A model generated the notes under the pieces. It made no database searches and was not told the origin of the DNA. It saw nothing but the letters and a program-made list of their open reading frames with translations. This document shows, piece after piece, positions 1 to 9,757 of a stretch of DNA of 64,000 nucleotides; the stretch's first letter is position 1, and each line of letters starts with the position of its first letter. The translations under genes and the position numbers were made by a program. The DNA lies in NCBI GenBank assembly GCA_944319925.1, contig CALUFQ010000009.1:1540-65539 (forward strand), given 5' to 3'. This stretch comes from an uncultured Paraprevotella sp. (GTDB lineage Bacteria; Bacteroidota; Bacteroidia; Bacteroidales; Bacteroidaceae).

Positions 1-961
1 CTGCATCGTGGCTCACGAGGTCGCTTTCCCACGGCGTGATGCTCTCGCTGATGAGCGTCAGGGTGTATTTCCCCGTGCTTTCCTTCTTGTCCACGCGGAT
101 GGAGAAGTTGGTCATCTTACCGGCCAGGTAGGTCGTGAAGTCTCCTTTCTTGGAAAACTTATAGGGCACACCACCAATGGTGATGCTGAACAGCATGGTG
201 TCTTTCGGCACGGTCTGCGGCACCACGATGGCGCGCCATTCGTCGCCGTTGCGGCTGGGGATGGTGGCCGTCTCTTCCACTTCGCCCGCCGGGGTCACCC
301 TGCCGTCGGCCAGGTTGATGGTGGCCTCACGCACCAGGTTGGTGGCCAGCACGGTTTTTTCGGTGGCCAGCCATTCACCTTCGGCAAAGCCTTCACCCTC
401 GACGAGGGTCACACGGGCATTGGCCATGCGGTGCTGCATGGGCAGGCGGATGACACTGGTCGTGGGGGCCACGTCGGCCACCTTGCCCCACAGGAAGTCG
501 CTGGCTTCGTAGCCGCCCATTTCGCCGTCCTCACTCTCCGTGCTCTGGTCGCGCTGTACGGTGAACGCGTAAGCCTCGATGCTTTCCGGCTCGCCGAAGG
601 GGTAGTAGCCATACACGTCGATGTGGGTGTGCTTATCTTTCCAATACAGGTCGTAGGCCGAGTTCCATGAATAGTTTGTCTCGTTGAATGTGTGGCGCAC
701 GTTGTCGCCCCGGTTGCCCGTGAGCTGGAGTGTGCCCGGTTCGTTGCCGTTGAAATCCACGATATAGACTCCCATCACGTCGCCGTCGCAGAAGCCGTTG
801 TCGTTCACGCGCTTCCCGGGCAGCTGGTCAATCTCTCCGGAAAGGCTGATGAGGGCGTTGCCGTTGGCTACGGGGTCGTCTTCGAAGACATCATCGGAAC
901 ATCCCGCGAAGGCAGCCAGCCCCGCGAGCATATAGGCATAAATGAATTGTCTGGTTTTCAT
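1..961 (-). CDS. Fimbrillin-family (Mfa-like) lipoprotein, partial (3' end lies beyond window start)
   Basis: Not in the ORF track because it runs off the edge. Hand translation from the minus-strand ATG (959-961) gives MKTRQFIYAYMLAGLAAFAGCSDD (signal peptide plus lipobox), then ...YWKDKHTHIDVYGYYPF...VQRDQSTESEDG. The frame was checked open down to about 540. It is a paralogue of the upstream gene. Confidence 0.6.
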   Translation of the reverse strand, partial: MKTRQFIYAYMLAGLAAFAGCSDDVFEDDPVANGNALISLSGEIDQLPGKRVNDNGFCDGDVMGVYIVDFNGNEPGTLQLTGNRGDNVRHTFNETNYSWNSAYDLYWKDKHTHIDVYGYYPFGEPESIEAYAFTVQRDQSTESEDGEMGGYEASDFLWGKVADVAPTTSVIRLPMQHRMANARVTLVEGEGFAEGEWLATEKTVLATNLVREATINLADGRVTPAGEVEETATIPSRNGDEWRAIVVPQTVPKDTMLFSITIGGVPYKFSKKGDFTTYLAGKMTNFSIRVDKKESTGKYTLTLISESITPWESDLVSHDA

Positions 962-1081
962 ATCCGATTGGGTTTAAAGTTGATTTTTATGAAGTGAAAA
1001 GCGCACAGGCAACCGGCGGGGGCCGGCATGGGAAAGTATCGGTGCCCTGCCTGCCTGTTGCCTGAGGTTCGCTTTTCGGGG

Positions 1082-2017
1082 CTATTCTGCCGTGCCGCCG
1101 TGGTCGATGCCGTCATCTTCCCACTGGTCGATGGTCACGTTGATGCCGTTGCTCGTCTTGTTCAGCACCACGGTGAAGCGATGCCGCTTGCCACCTTCGA
1201 AGGTGAACGCCTTCTGCAGGTTGAAGTCGCGCCCGTCCACGGTCACGGTGACAAGGTTGCCTTGCGCCACGCTTTGGGGCACGATGAGGGCTTTGTAACC
1301 GCCGTCCGCTTCCTGCAGCGGGGTCACGCTCGTGGCTTCGCCCGTGGCCGTGACGGTCGCGGTGGCGAGGTTGACCGTGGCATGGGTTTTGACCCCGTTG
1401 ATGCGCACGGACACGTCGGCGGCGGCCAGGCTCTCTTCCGTGAAGCCGTTGCCGGGCACGACGGCGATGGACATCAGGCTCATCGCGTGGCGCGCCGTGA
1501 TGCTGACGGCGGTTTCGGTCGGTGCCACGTCTTGGGTGGAGCCAACCAGCAGGTCGCCGGCCTTGTAGGCGGCTTCTGTGCTTTGGTCGGCGCTGACGCT
1601 GACGGGCATGGCTGTCACGTCAGTGAGAGTGACCGTGTAGGGGTAGTAGAGGTAAAAGTCGGCATGAGTGTTTTCGTCTTGCCAGTAAACAGGGGTGTCG
1701 GGAGTCCACGTGCCGTCGTAGGTGAACCGCATGTTGTCAACCCAGTTGCCTTGGGACAACAATGTGTTGGCCGTGCCGTCGGCTTTGCGGTTGACTACAT
1801 AAACACCGACGGGGTCTCCGACTTCGAAGGCGTAGTCGGTGGCGCGTTTTCCACCGATTTCTTCCATAACCGTACTGATGCGGATGGGAATCGGGTTGGC
1901 CGATGTCGTGGGCAGTTCGGGCGAAACCGGTTGCTCGTCCCCGCCGGATGAGCATGCGCACAACGCGAGTGTTGCAAGCAACAAAGGCGGGATTTCTTTC
2001 ATCTTTTTCATAATCAC
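1082..2017 (-). CDS. Fimbrillin-family (Mfa-like) lipoprotein
   Basis: 311-aa ORF with signal peptide and lipobox (LATLALCACSSG). Shares YWQDENTHADFYLYYPY and VSADQSTEAAY motifs with its neighbour. Alternative starts at 2011 or 2002. Confidence 0.6.
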   Translation of the reverse strand: MIMKKMKEIPPLLLATLALCACSSGGDEQPVSPELPTTSANPIPIRISTVMEEIGGKRATDYAFEVGDPVGVYVVNRKADGTANTLLSQGNWVDNMRFTYDGTWTPDTPVYWQDENTHADFYLYYPYTVTLTDVTAMPVSVSADQSTEAAYKAGDLLVGSTQDVAPTETAVSITARHAMSLMSIAVVPGNGFTEESLAAADVSVRINGVKTHATVNLATATVTATGEATSVTPLQEADGGYKALIVPQSVAQGNLVTVTVDGRDFNLQKAFTFEGGKRHRFTVVLNKTSNGINVTIDQWEDDGIDHGGTAE

Positions 2018-2041
2018 ATTGTTTTTCTATTATCAGATATG

Positions 2042-2049
2042 CAAAGATA
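2042..2049 (-). promoter_or_regulatory. Putative Bacteroidetes -7 box (TATCTTTG) for the fimbrillin gene pair
   Basis: Matches TAnnTTTG on the minus strand, about 25 nt upstream of ATG 2017. Confidence 0.45.
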
Positions 2050-2115
2050 GGCAATATGGGACAGACCTGTCAAGTCCATAATGGTTCATAAACGAAAAAA
2101 ACGGGCGGCAGCTCT

Positions 2116-2136
2116 TATACATATTATATATATAAG
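2116..2136 (+). repeat. AT-only 21-mer TATACaTATTATATATATAAG (copy 1)
   Basis: Matches 53056-53076 at 20 of 21 positions. Confidence 0.8.
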
Positions 2137-2222
2137 CCTGTGTGCAGAAAAGGCCGAAGGGATTAGTACGCTGTCTGCGGCAATTTTTTAAGGGTTTGTG
2201 CCTTGTTCTCGTGAAAAATAGC

Positions 2223-2230
2223 TATTTTTG
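2223..2230 (+). promoter_or_regulatory. Putative -7 box (TATTTTTG) for thrS
   Basis: TAnnTTTG 31 nt upstream of the ATG. A TTTG at 2195-2198 is a possible -33 element. Confidence 0.45.
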
Positions 2231-2260
2231 CAACCTTGAAACAGGACAAAATATAAGGTT

Positions 2261-4204
2261 ATGATAAAAATCACTTTTCCCGATGGCTCAGTGCGCGAGT
2301 ATGAGGCTGGCGTGACGGGCTTGCAGATAGCAGAGAGTATTTCCCAACGGTTGGCACAGGACGTGCTGGCCTGCGGCGTGAACGGCGAGACGGTGGAACT
2401 GAACCGTCCCATCCATGAGGATGCCGCCGTGGTGTTGTACAAGTGGGACGACGCGGAGGCCAAGCATGCGTTTTGGCACACATCCGCCCATCTGATGGCG
2501 GAAGCTCTGCAGGAACTCTATCCCGGCATCCAGTTCGGCATCGGGCCGGCCATAGAGAATGGCTTTTATTATGACGTGATGCCGCCCGAAGGCACGGTGA
2601 TTCGCGAGGGCGACTTTGCCGCCATCGAGAAAAAGATGCTGGAACTGTCGCAACGCAAGGAGGCCGTCGTGCGGGCGGAGATAGCCAAGGCTGACGCGCT
2701 GAAGTTCTTCGGCGAGCACGGCCAGACTTACAAGATGGAACTAATCGAGGATTTGGAAGACGGGCACATCTCGACCTATACGCAGGGCGCGTTTACCGAC
2801 TTGTGCCGCGGCCCGCACTTGCTGAACACGGGTGCCATCAAGGCCGTGAAGGTGACAGCCGTGTCGTCCGCCTACTGGCGCGGCGACGAGAAGCGCCCGC
2901 AACTGACCCGCATCTATGGCATCTCGTTCCCGAAGAAAAAGATGCTGGACGAATATCTCGCCCTGCTGGAGGAAGCCAAGAAGCGCGACCACCGCAAGAT
3001 TGGCAAGGAGATGGAACTCTTCATGTTCTCCGAGCGGGTGGGCAAGGGCTTGCCCATGTGGCTCCCGAAGGGCACGGCCCTGCGCCTGCGTCTGGAAGAC
3101 TTCCTGAAGAAAATCCAAAAGCGTTACGGATACCAGCAGGTGATGACCCCGCATATCGGCGGCAAGAACCTGTACGTGACTTCCGGGCACTATGCCCACT
3201 ACGGCAAGGACTCGTTCCAGCCCATCCACACGCCGGAAGAAGGCGAGGAATACATGCTGAAGCCGATGAACTGCCCGCACCACTGCGAAATTTACGCTTG
3301 GAAACCCCGTTCGTACAAGGACTTGCCCCTGCGCATCGCGGAGTTCGGCACGGTGTACCGCTATGAGCAGAGCGGCGAGCTGCACGGGCTGACGCGCGTC
3401 CGCTCGTTCACGCAGGACGACGCCCATATTTTCTGCCGTCCCGACCAGGTGAAGGACGAATTCATCCGTGTGATGGAAATCATCCAAATCATCTTCAGCG
3501 CATTGGACTTCCAAAACTTCGAGGCGCAGATTTCCTTGCGCGACCCCAACGACAAGGAAAAGTACATCGGTTCGGACGAAGTGTGGGCCGAAGCCGAACA
3601 GGCCATCGTGGAAGCCTGCAAGGAAAAGGGGCTGAAAGCCAAGGTAGCCTATGGCGAGGCGGCTTTCTACGGGCCTAAGCTTGATTTCATGGTAAAGGAT
3701 GCCTTGGGACGCCGCTGGCAGCTGGGCACCATCCAGGTGGACTACAACCTGCCGGAACGTTTCAAACTGGAATATACGGGCGAAGACAACCAAAAGCACC
3801 GTCCGGTGATGATCCACCGTGCGCCTTTCGGTTCCATGGAACGCTTCTGCGCCGTGCTCATCGAGCACACTGCCGGGCATTTCCCCTTGTGGCTGACACC
3901 CGACCAAGTGGCCATCCTGCCCATCTCGGAGAAATTCAATGACTACGCGAAGAAATTGTGCGCCTATTTCGACGAACAGGACGTGCGCGCCATCGTGGAC
4001 GACCGGAACGAGAAAATCGGCCGCAAAATCCGGGACAACGAGATGAAGCGCATTCCTTACATGTTGATTGTGGGCGAGAAAGAGGCTGCCGAGGGCACGG
4101 TTTCGGTGCGCAAACAGGGCGAAGGTGACCAAGGGAGCATGAAATTCGAGGATTTTGCAAAAAAAATCAACGATGAAGTGCGCAGTATGACAAATAAGTA
4201 TTAA
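2261..4204 (+). CDS. thrS: Threonine--tRNA ligase
   Basis: 647 aa with TGS-like N-terminus [10 protein letters not shown], class II core ([24 protein letters not shown]) and anticodon-binding C-terminus. Conserved thrS-infC-rpmI-rplT order. Confidence 0.97.
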   Translation: MIKITFPDGSVREYEAGVTGLQIAESISQRLAQDVLACGVNGETVELNRPIHEDAAVVLYKWDDAEAKHAFWHTSAHLMAEALQELYPGIQFGIGPAIENGFYYDVMPPEGTVIREGDFAAIEKKMLELSQRKEAVVRAEIAKADALKFFGEHGQTYKMELIEDLEDGHISTYTQGAFTDLCRGPHLLNTGAIKAVKVTAVSSAYWRGDEKRPQLTRIYGISFPKKKMLDEYLALLEEAKKRDHRKIGKEMELFMFSERVGKGLPMWLPKGTALRLRLEDFLKKIQKRYGYQQVMTPHIGGKNLYVTSGHYAHYGKDSFQPIHTPEEGEEYMLKPMNCPHHCEIYAWKPRSYKDLPLRIAEFGTVYRYEQSGELHGLTRVRSFTQDDAHIFCRPDQVKDEFIRVMEIIQIIFSALDFQNFEAQISLRDPNDKEKYIGSDEVWAEAEQAIVEACKEKGLKAKVAYGEAAFYGPKLDFMVKDALGRRWQLGTIQVDYNLPERFKLEYTGEDNQKHRPVMIHRAPFGSMERFCAVLIEHTAGHFPLWLTPDQVAILPISEKFNDYAKKLCAYFDEQDVRAIVDDRNEKIGRKIRDNEMKRIPYMLIVGEKEAAEGTVSVRKQGEGDQGSMKFEDFAKKINDEVRSMTNKY

Positions 4205-4276
4205 CTTTGCACCCGATTTTAACAACTTGGAGCGTTGTAAATAGAGGAAACAAACAGAAGAGCATAACATTTTTGC

Positions 4277-4924
4277 ATGAAGAAAGACAATTTGAAAGAG
4301 CAATACCGTGTCAATGAACAGATACGGGTGCGCGAAGTCCGGATTGTGGGAGACAATATAGAATCCACGGTGGTGCCGACGGCCAAGGCGTTGCAGATGG
4401 CCGAAGCGCAAGGCGTAGATCTTGTGGAGATATCTCCAAATGCAGTCCCTCCTGTTTGTCGCCTGATTGACTACAGCAAGTTCCTTTACCAGCAGAAGAA
4501 GCGGCAGAAGGAAATGAAAGCCAAGCAAACAAAGGTGGATGTGAAGGAAATCCGTTTCGGCCCCCAAACGGATGACCATGATTATAATTTCAAGCTGAAG
4601 CATGCCCAGGGATTCCTTTCGGAAGGCGACAAAGTGAAAGCATACGTGTTTTTCAAAGGGCGCAGCATTTTGTTCAAGGAGCAGGGTGAAGTGTTGTTGC
4701 TCAGGTTTGCCAACGACTTGGAGGAATACGGCAAGGTGGAGCAGATGCCTGTGCTGGAAGGCAAACGCATGACCATCTTCATCGCGCCGAAGAAGAATGC
4801 GCAGCCCAAGAAACAGGCAAGCGGGACACCGGAAGAGTCCCCGGCGCAAAAGCCCGAAAGAAGCCAGCCCAAAGCCAACGCCCCGAAAGAGTACCAAGGG
4901 CCGCGTGTGGAAGGCGAGGACTAA
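4277..4924 (+). CDS. infC: Translation initiation factor IF-3 with a Lys/Pro/Gln-rich C-terminal tail
   Basis: Contains [17 protein letters not shown]...[10 protein letters not shown]...[19 protein letters not shown], between thrS and rpmI. Confidence 0.93.
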   Translation: MKKDNLKEQYRVNEQIRVREVRIVGDNIESTVVPTAKALQMAEAQGVDLVEISPNAVPPVCRLIDYSKFLYQQKKRQKEMKAKQTKVDVKEIRFGPQTDDHDYNFKLKHAQGFLSEGDKVKAYVFFKGRSILFKEQGEVLLLRFANDLEEYGKVEQMPVLEGKRMTIFIAPKKNAQPKKQASGTPEESPAQKPERSQPKANAPKEYQGPRVEGED

Positions 4925-4997
4925 CAAGAGAAGCGTGTGCGTAACGCCTGGTATATGCGTTGCCACAGATTAAATAACAAATTAAAAAACAAACAAA

Positions 4998-5195
4998 ATG
5001 CCAAAACAGAAAACTAATTCCGGTGCCAAAAAAAGATTCGTTCTTACCGGAACGGGTAAAGTGAAAAGACATCATGCTTATCACAGTCACATCTTGACGA
5101 AGAAGACGAAGAAGCAAAAACGTAACCTGGTTCACGACACCATCGTGGTGACCGACAACCTGAAGCAGGTGCGCGACCTTCTCAATCTGCGTTAA
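4998..5195 (+). CDS. rpmI: 50S ribosomal protein L35
   Basis: 65 aa, [14 protein letters not shown]..., at the conserved position. Confidence 0.95.
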   Translation: MPKQKTNSGAKKRFVLTGTGKVKRHHAYHSHILTKKTKKQKRNLVHDTIVVTDNLKQVRDLLNLR

Positions 5196-5312
5196 CGAAA
5201 GAGTGAGGCGAGAATCAACAAAAGTTATTAACCGGATGTTTAGCCTGAAGTTCGTCCGTTGGAACAAACAAGAAAAGATGGATGGCGCTAACATTCAAAA
5301 AGAAAACAAATT

Positions 5313-5657
5313 ATGCCAAGATCAGTAAATCATGTTGCTTCGAGAGCAAGAAGAAAGAAAATTTTGAAATTGACCCGTGGTTACTTCGGTGCGCGCAAGA
5401 ACGTGTGGACGGTGGCCAAAAACACTTGGGAGAAGGGTCTGACATACGCTTATCGCGACCGTAAGAATAAGAAACGTAACTTCCGCGCCCTGTGGATTCA
5501 GCGTATCAATGCCGCTGCCCGCTTGGAAGGCATGTCTTATTCGCAGTTGATGGGTGCCCTGCATAAGGCCGGCATTGAAATCAACCGCAAGGTGCTTGCC
5601 GACTTGGCCATGAACCATCCTGAAGCATTCAAGGCTGTGGTTGCTAAGGTGAAGTAA
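5313..5657 (+). CDS. rplT: 50S ribosomal protein L20
   Basis: 114 aa, [30 protein letters not shown]... Confidence 0.95.
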   Translation: MPRSVNHVASRARRKKILKLTRGYFGARKNVWTVAKNTWEKGLTYAYRDRKNKKRNFRALWIQRINAAARLEGMSYSQLMGALHKAGIEINRKVLADLAMNHPEAFKAVVAKVK

Positions 5658-5687
5658 GGAAAAATATGTTCCGAAAGGGAGAAGATA

Positions 5688-5721
5688 AAAGGTGTATTGC
5701 TTGGCAATGCACCTTTTTTTG
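5688..5721 (+). terminator. Rho-independent terminator after rplT
   Basis: Hairpin GGTGTATTGC-TTG-GCAATGCACC (one G-U pair) followed by T7. Confidence 0.7.
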
Positions 5722-5770
5722 GTTTACTTTGTAATTGAGAAATACGTAAAAAGGAAAGATTTGACAAGCA

Positions 5771-6673
5771 ATGGAAAAGGAAAGGAGTGTGAAAGATTAT
5801 GCCATGTTGGTGCTGAAAGGCATGAGCATGGGGGCGGCCGACGTGGTGCCCGGTGTGTCGGGCGGGACAATCGCTTTTATCGTGGGCATTTATGACGAGT
5901 TGATTAATTCCATCAAGAGCATCAACCTGCATGCCGGGCGTTTGTTGTGTAAGGGACGGTTGAGGGAGTTTTGGAAAACCATCAACGGGAACTTCCTGTT
6001 TTTTTTGCTGTTGGGCATAGGTATCAGTGTGTTTTCGTTGGCCAAACTGATTACTTATCTTTTGGAGACTGAGCCGGTCTTGGTGTGGTCTTTCTTTTTC
6101 GGCCTGGTGTTGGCTTCCACTTGGTTCGTGTCAAAGGATATCAAGGAATGGAATTGGAAGACCGTGTCGGGATTTCTTGTGGGAGCAGTGGTGGCCTTCT
6201 ATATCACCGTGGCCACGCCGACAGAGACGCCTAGCAATTTGTTTTTCATCTTCTTCTGCGGTGTCATTGCCATTTGTGCCATGATTTTGCCGGGAATTTC
6301 GGGGAGTTTCATCCTTGTCTTGTTGGGGAAGTATTTCTATATCATGGAAGCCGTGGAAACACTTGACCTCGTGGTGCTGAGTGTGTTTGCCGTGGGCTGT
6401 TTCCTGGGTATCACCAGTTTTTCCCATGTGTTGTCCTACGCTTTGCGGCGTTTCCGCAATGTGACGTTGGCCGTGCTGTCCGGTTTCATGCTTGGGTCGT
6501 TGAACAAAGTATGGCCTTGGAAGGCGCAAGTGAAGGAACTGGTGGAAGGACAGACCATAGTGGTGGAACAGAATGTGCTTCCGGGCGAGAGCCTGACCGA
6601 GGGCGTTGTGTTGATGCTGACAGGTTTTATCTTGGTTTATGTGTTGGAGAAGATTTCTGCTAAAAAGGGCTGA
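5771..6673 (+). CDS. DUF368 family membrane protein (PopT-like candidate polyprenyl-phosphate translocase)
   Basis: 300 aa, polytopic, with signature GAADVVPGVSGGTIAFIVGIYDELI. Its stop abuts the next ATG (6673/6674). Confidence 0.85.
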   Translation: MEKERSVKDYAMLVLKGMSMGAADVVPGVSGGTIAFIVGIYDELINSIKSINLHAGRLLCKGRLREFWKTINGNFLFFLLLGIGISVFSLAKLITYLLETEPVLVWSFFFGLVLASTWFVSKDIKEWNWKTVSGFLVGAVVAFYITVATPTETPSNLFFIFFCGVIAICAMILPGISGSFILVLLGKYFYIMEAVETLDLVVLSVFAVGCFLGITSFSHVLSYALRRFRNVTLAVLSGFMLGSLNKVWPWKAQVKELVEGQTIVVEQNVLPGESLTEGVVLMLTGFILVYVLEKISAKKG

Positions 6674-8398
6674 TTGATGGACAGAAGGAAATATTTTTGG
6701 ATTTTGGCACTGTTGTGCGTGTGTTCCTTGTTGCTCTTCTTGGGAGAAAGTTCCTTCCACACGCGCGGCGAGCCGCGCGAGGCTGTCGTGGCTTTGTCCA
6801 TGCTCCAACAGGGCAATTGGGTTTTGCCTGTCAACAACGGGGTGGAACTGGCTTTCAAACCGCCTTTTTTCCATTGGTGCATCGCGGCCATATCGGCGGT
6901 GGCCGGGGCGGTGAACGAATATACGGCGCGCATGCCGTCGGCTTTGGCCCTGATGGCCATGGTGCTAGTGGGGTATGTGTTTTTTGCCAAGCGGAGGGGC
7001 ACGGAGGTGGCTTTCCTCGCGGCTTTGATTACCCTGACGAATTTCGAGGTGCATCGGGCCGGTGTGGCTTGTCGGGTGGACATGGTGCTGACAGCCATGA
7101 TGGTCATCGCACTCTACCAGTTGTACAAATGGGCGGAAAAGGACTTGAAGGGAGTGCCGGTGGTGGCCATCCTTTGTCTGAGTGCGGCGGCACTGACCAA
7201 AGGCCCTGTGGGCATTGCCCTTCCTTGTGCGGTGCCTGCGGTATTCCTGTGGATTCGGGGGAAGGGTTTCTTCCGTGTGTTTTTTGCCTTCTTCGGGGTG
7301 GCTGCTGCCGCCTGCATCTTGCCCGCATTATGGTATGTGGCGGCCTATGCCCAGGGCGGCGAGCGTTTCCTTGGCTTGGTGTTGGAAGAGAATGTCTATC
7401 GGTTGATGGGCAAGATGACATACGCTTCGCATGAGAATCCGGCTTGGTACAATGTACTGACGGTGGTGGCCGGGTATGTGCCTTACACTTTGTTGGTACT
7501 GCTCTCTTTGTTTTTCCTGCATTACCGGATGCCCGTGGGTTGCTGGCGCACGTGGTGGGTGCGTTTCAAGGCTTACATCCGCGACATGGATGATGCACGG
7601 CTCTATGCGCTCTTGAGCATCGCCATCATTTTCGTGTTCTATTGCATCCCAAAGAGCAAACGTAGCGTGTATCTATTGCCTATTTATCCGTTCATTGCAT
7701 ATTTCCTTGCGGAATATATCGTCTATTTGCGCCACCGGCATTTGAATGCCTTGCGTGTTTTTGGCAGCATCATGTCGGGGTTGTCCATACTCTTGCTTTT
7801 GGCCTTTATGGCAGTGCGTATGGATTGGGTGCCCGAGTCGTTGTTCGGCGACGGACGGCATGCGGCGGAGAACATCGCTTACATGCATGCGTTGAGTGAT
7901 TTTCCAATGACGTTGCTGGCCGTTCTCATCGTGGCTTTGCCGGTCATGGCCGCTTGTTGGTATTTCAGGGTGCAACACCGGAATGCGGCCGACAACGGGA
8001 TTATTTATGCCTGTATCGGCGTGGTCTTTTCCATCTTCTTTGCGTTGGACGGCGTGTACCAGCCTACGGTGCTCAACGTGAAGTCGGACAAGGCCGTGGC
8101 GGAGCAGATAGCTCGCATCGTTCCCGAGGGTCGGTTGTATTCGTTTCGCACCGATGTGGTGCCGGGCAACCGCATGCATCCTTTTACGGTGAACTTTTAT
8201 TTGGGCGACCGCATGGTGCCTTTTGATTGTTTCGACCCGGGTGCGGAGGGTTATGTCTTCATGGGCGAGGATGTGGTGCCCGCTTTTCAGGAACGTTATG
8301 GCCGCGAATATGCTTTGGAGGATGTGTATAATTCCAGTCACCGTAGTTGTGATGACAAGCGGAACAATCACCTGTATCGTTTCAGACGATTGGAATGA
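6674..8398 (+). CDS. Glycosyltransferase family 39 (ArnT/PMT_2-like, polyprenyl-phosphate-sugar dependent)
   Basis: 574 aa with many TM segments. The N-terminus (SSFHTRGEPREAVVALSMLQQGNWVLPV) is typical of ArnT-like GT-C enzymes. Confidence 0.8.
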   Translation: MMDRRKYFWILALLCVCSLLLFLGESSFHTRGEPREAVVALSMLQQGNWVLPVNNGVELAFKPPFFHWCIAAISAVAGAVNEYTARMPSALALMAMVLVGYVFFAKRRGTEVAFLAALITLTNFEVHRAGVACRVDMVLTAMMVIALYQLYKWAEKDLKGVPVVAILCLSAAALTKGPVGIALPCAVPAVFLWIRGKGFFRVFFAFFGVAAAACILPALWYVAAYAQGGERFLGLVLEENVYRLMGKMTYASHENPAWYNVLTVVAGYVPYTLLVLLSLFFLHYRMPVGCWRTWWVRFKAYIRDMDDARLYALLSIAIIFVFYCIPKSKRSVYLLPIYPFIAYFLAEYIVYLRHRHLNALRVFGSIMSGLSILLLLAFMAVRMDWVPESLFGDGRHAAENIAYMHALSDFPMTLLAVLIVALPVMAACWYFRVQHRNAADNGIIYACIGVVFSIFFALDGVYQPTVLNVKSDKAVAEQIARIVPEGRLYSFRTDVVPGNRMHPFTVNFYLGDRMVPFDCFDPGAEGYVFMGEDVVPAFQERYGREYALEDVYNSSHRSCDDKRNNHLYRFRRLE

Positions 8399-8805
8399 AT
8401 CTTAAAATGGGGGAGGAGGTCATAATGTCAATGAGGCATGCTTTTTTCACGTTTGTCCGTTTTGGATTGGTAGGTGTTTTTGCCACCGCGTTGCATTACG
8501 GCCTTTACTGTCTTTTGCATCTGTTCATGGGGGCGAATGCCGCTTTCACAGTGGCATACGTGCTTTCGTTCGTGGCGAACTTCTACCTGACCTCCTATTT
8601 CACGTTTGGCACTTCGCCGTCGTGGCGCAGGCTTTGGGGCATGTGCGGGGCGCATGCGGTGAACTACCTGCTGCAGATGGGGCTGCTGAATTTCTTCTTG
8701 TGGGTGGAAGTGCCTGCGGTATGGGCACCCTTGCCGGTCTATGCCATTGCGGTGCCGGTGAATTTCATATTGGTGCGTTTTGTGTTTACGAGAAAGGACA
8801 AATGA
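8395..8805 (+). CDS. GtrA family protein (small 4-TM protein, putative polyprenyl-P-sugar flippase)
   Basis: 136 aa containing FVRFGLVGVFATALHYGLY. ATGA overlap with the upstream gene. The start could instead be an internal Met (8425 or 8431). Confidence 0.8.
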   Translation: MNLKMGEEVIMSMRHAFFTFVRFGLVGVFATALHYGLYCLLHLFMGANAAFTVAYVLSFVANFYLTSYFTFGTSPSWRRLWGMCGAHAVNYLLQMGLLNFFLWVEVPAVWAPLPVYAIAVPVNFILVRFVFTRKDK

Positions 8806-8806
8806 C

Positions 8807-9757
8807 ATGATGAAGGTGGATTTGGCAATCATAGTGCCTTGCTACAACGAAGAGGAGGTTTTGGTCGAGACGACCCGCCAGCTGGCGGCGGTGTTGGATG
8901 CTTTGGAATCGGATGGAAAAATCAAATGCGGGAAGATTTTATATGTGGATGACGGGTCGCGCGACCGCACGTGGGAACTGATATGCGGTTTTTCGCGGCA
9001 AGAAAGGAAGGTGTGCGGGTTGAAGCTGGCGCACAACGCCGGCCATCAACGGGCCTTGTGGGCCGGTATGGAATGGGCGGCGGAACATGCGGATGCTGCC
9101 GTGTCTATCGACGCGGATTTGCAGGACGACGTGCAGGCCATCGGCGAGATGGTGGAGGCTTGGCGCGGCGGGGCGGATGTGGTCTATGGAGTGCGGCGAG
9201 AGCGCAAGACGGACACGTTCTTCAAGAAACACACGGCGCAAACCTTCTATCGGTTGATGAGCGCGTTGGGCGGGGAGGTGGTCTATAACCACGCCGATTT
9301 CCGCCTGATGGACAAGCGGGCCTTGCAGGCGTTGCTGGCCTATCCGGAACGCAACCTGTTTTTGCGCGGCATGGTGGCTTCCTTGGGATTCCGCACGGCC
9401 AAGGTCTATTACGACCGCAAGGAGCGCATGGCCGGAGAGTCGAAATATCCGCTTGGTAAGATGGTCAGTTTCGCCTTGGATGGCATCACTTCTTTTTCCG
9501 TCCGTCCGCTCCGTTATATCGCCATGCTCGGGTTTCTGTTCATTCTGATAGCCGTGGCAGCCATCATCTATGGGGTGGTGGTCTATTGCCGGGGAAACAC
9601 GATACCGGGTTGGACTTCCCTTTTGGTATCCGTGTGGTTCATCGGTGGTTCTATCTTGTTGGCTTTGGGCATCATCGGGGAATATGTGGGCAAGATTTAT
9701 AAAGAAGTGAAACGCCGCCCGCATTATTTCGTGGCGGAAGAGGCTGGGATGGATTGA
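8807..9757 (+). CDS. Glycosyltransferase family 2, GtrB/ArnC/DPM1-like polyprenyl-phosphate glycosyltransferase
   Basis: Contains MMKVDLAIIVPCYNEEE...VDDGSRDRT...DADLQD plus two C-terminal TM helices. Start trimmed from 8780 to 8807, directly after the GtrA stop. Confidence 0.85.
   Translation: MMKVDLAIIVPCYNEEEVLVETTRQLAAVLDALESDGKIKCGKILYVDDGSRDRTWELICGFSRQERKVCGLKLAHNAGHQRALWAGMEWAAEHADAAVSIDADLQDDVQAIGEMVEAWRGGADVVYGVRRERKTDTFFKKHTAQTFYRLMSALGGEVVYNHADFRLMDKRALQALLAYPERNLFLRGMVASLGFRTAKVYYDRKERMAGESKYPLGKMVSFALDGITSFSVRPLRYIAMLGFLFILIAVAAIIYGVVVYCRGNTIPGWTSLLVSVWFIGGSILLALGIIGEYVGKIYKEVKRRPHYFVAEEAGMD

Noticed and set aside
2741-4966. A 741-aa minus-strand ORF spans the whole of thrS and infC in antisense.
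   Set aside because: It lies opposite two unmistakable conserved genes and even runs through their intergenic spacer. Its sequence is His/Arg/Leu/Val/Gly-rich with no motif. This is the typical shadow ORF produced by codon bias in GC-rich coding DNA.
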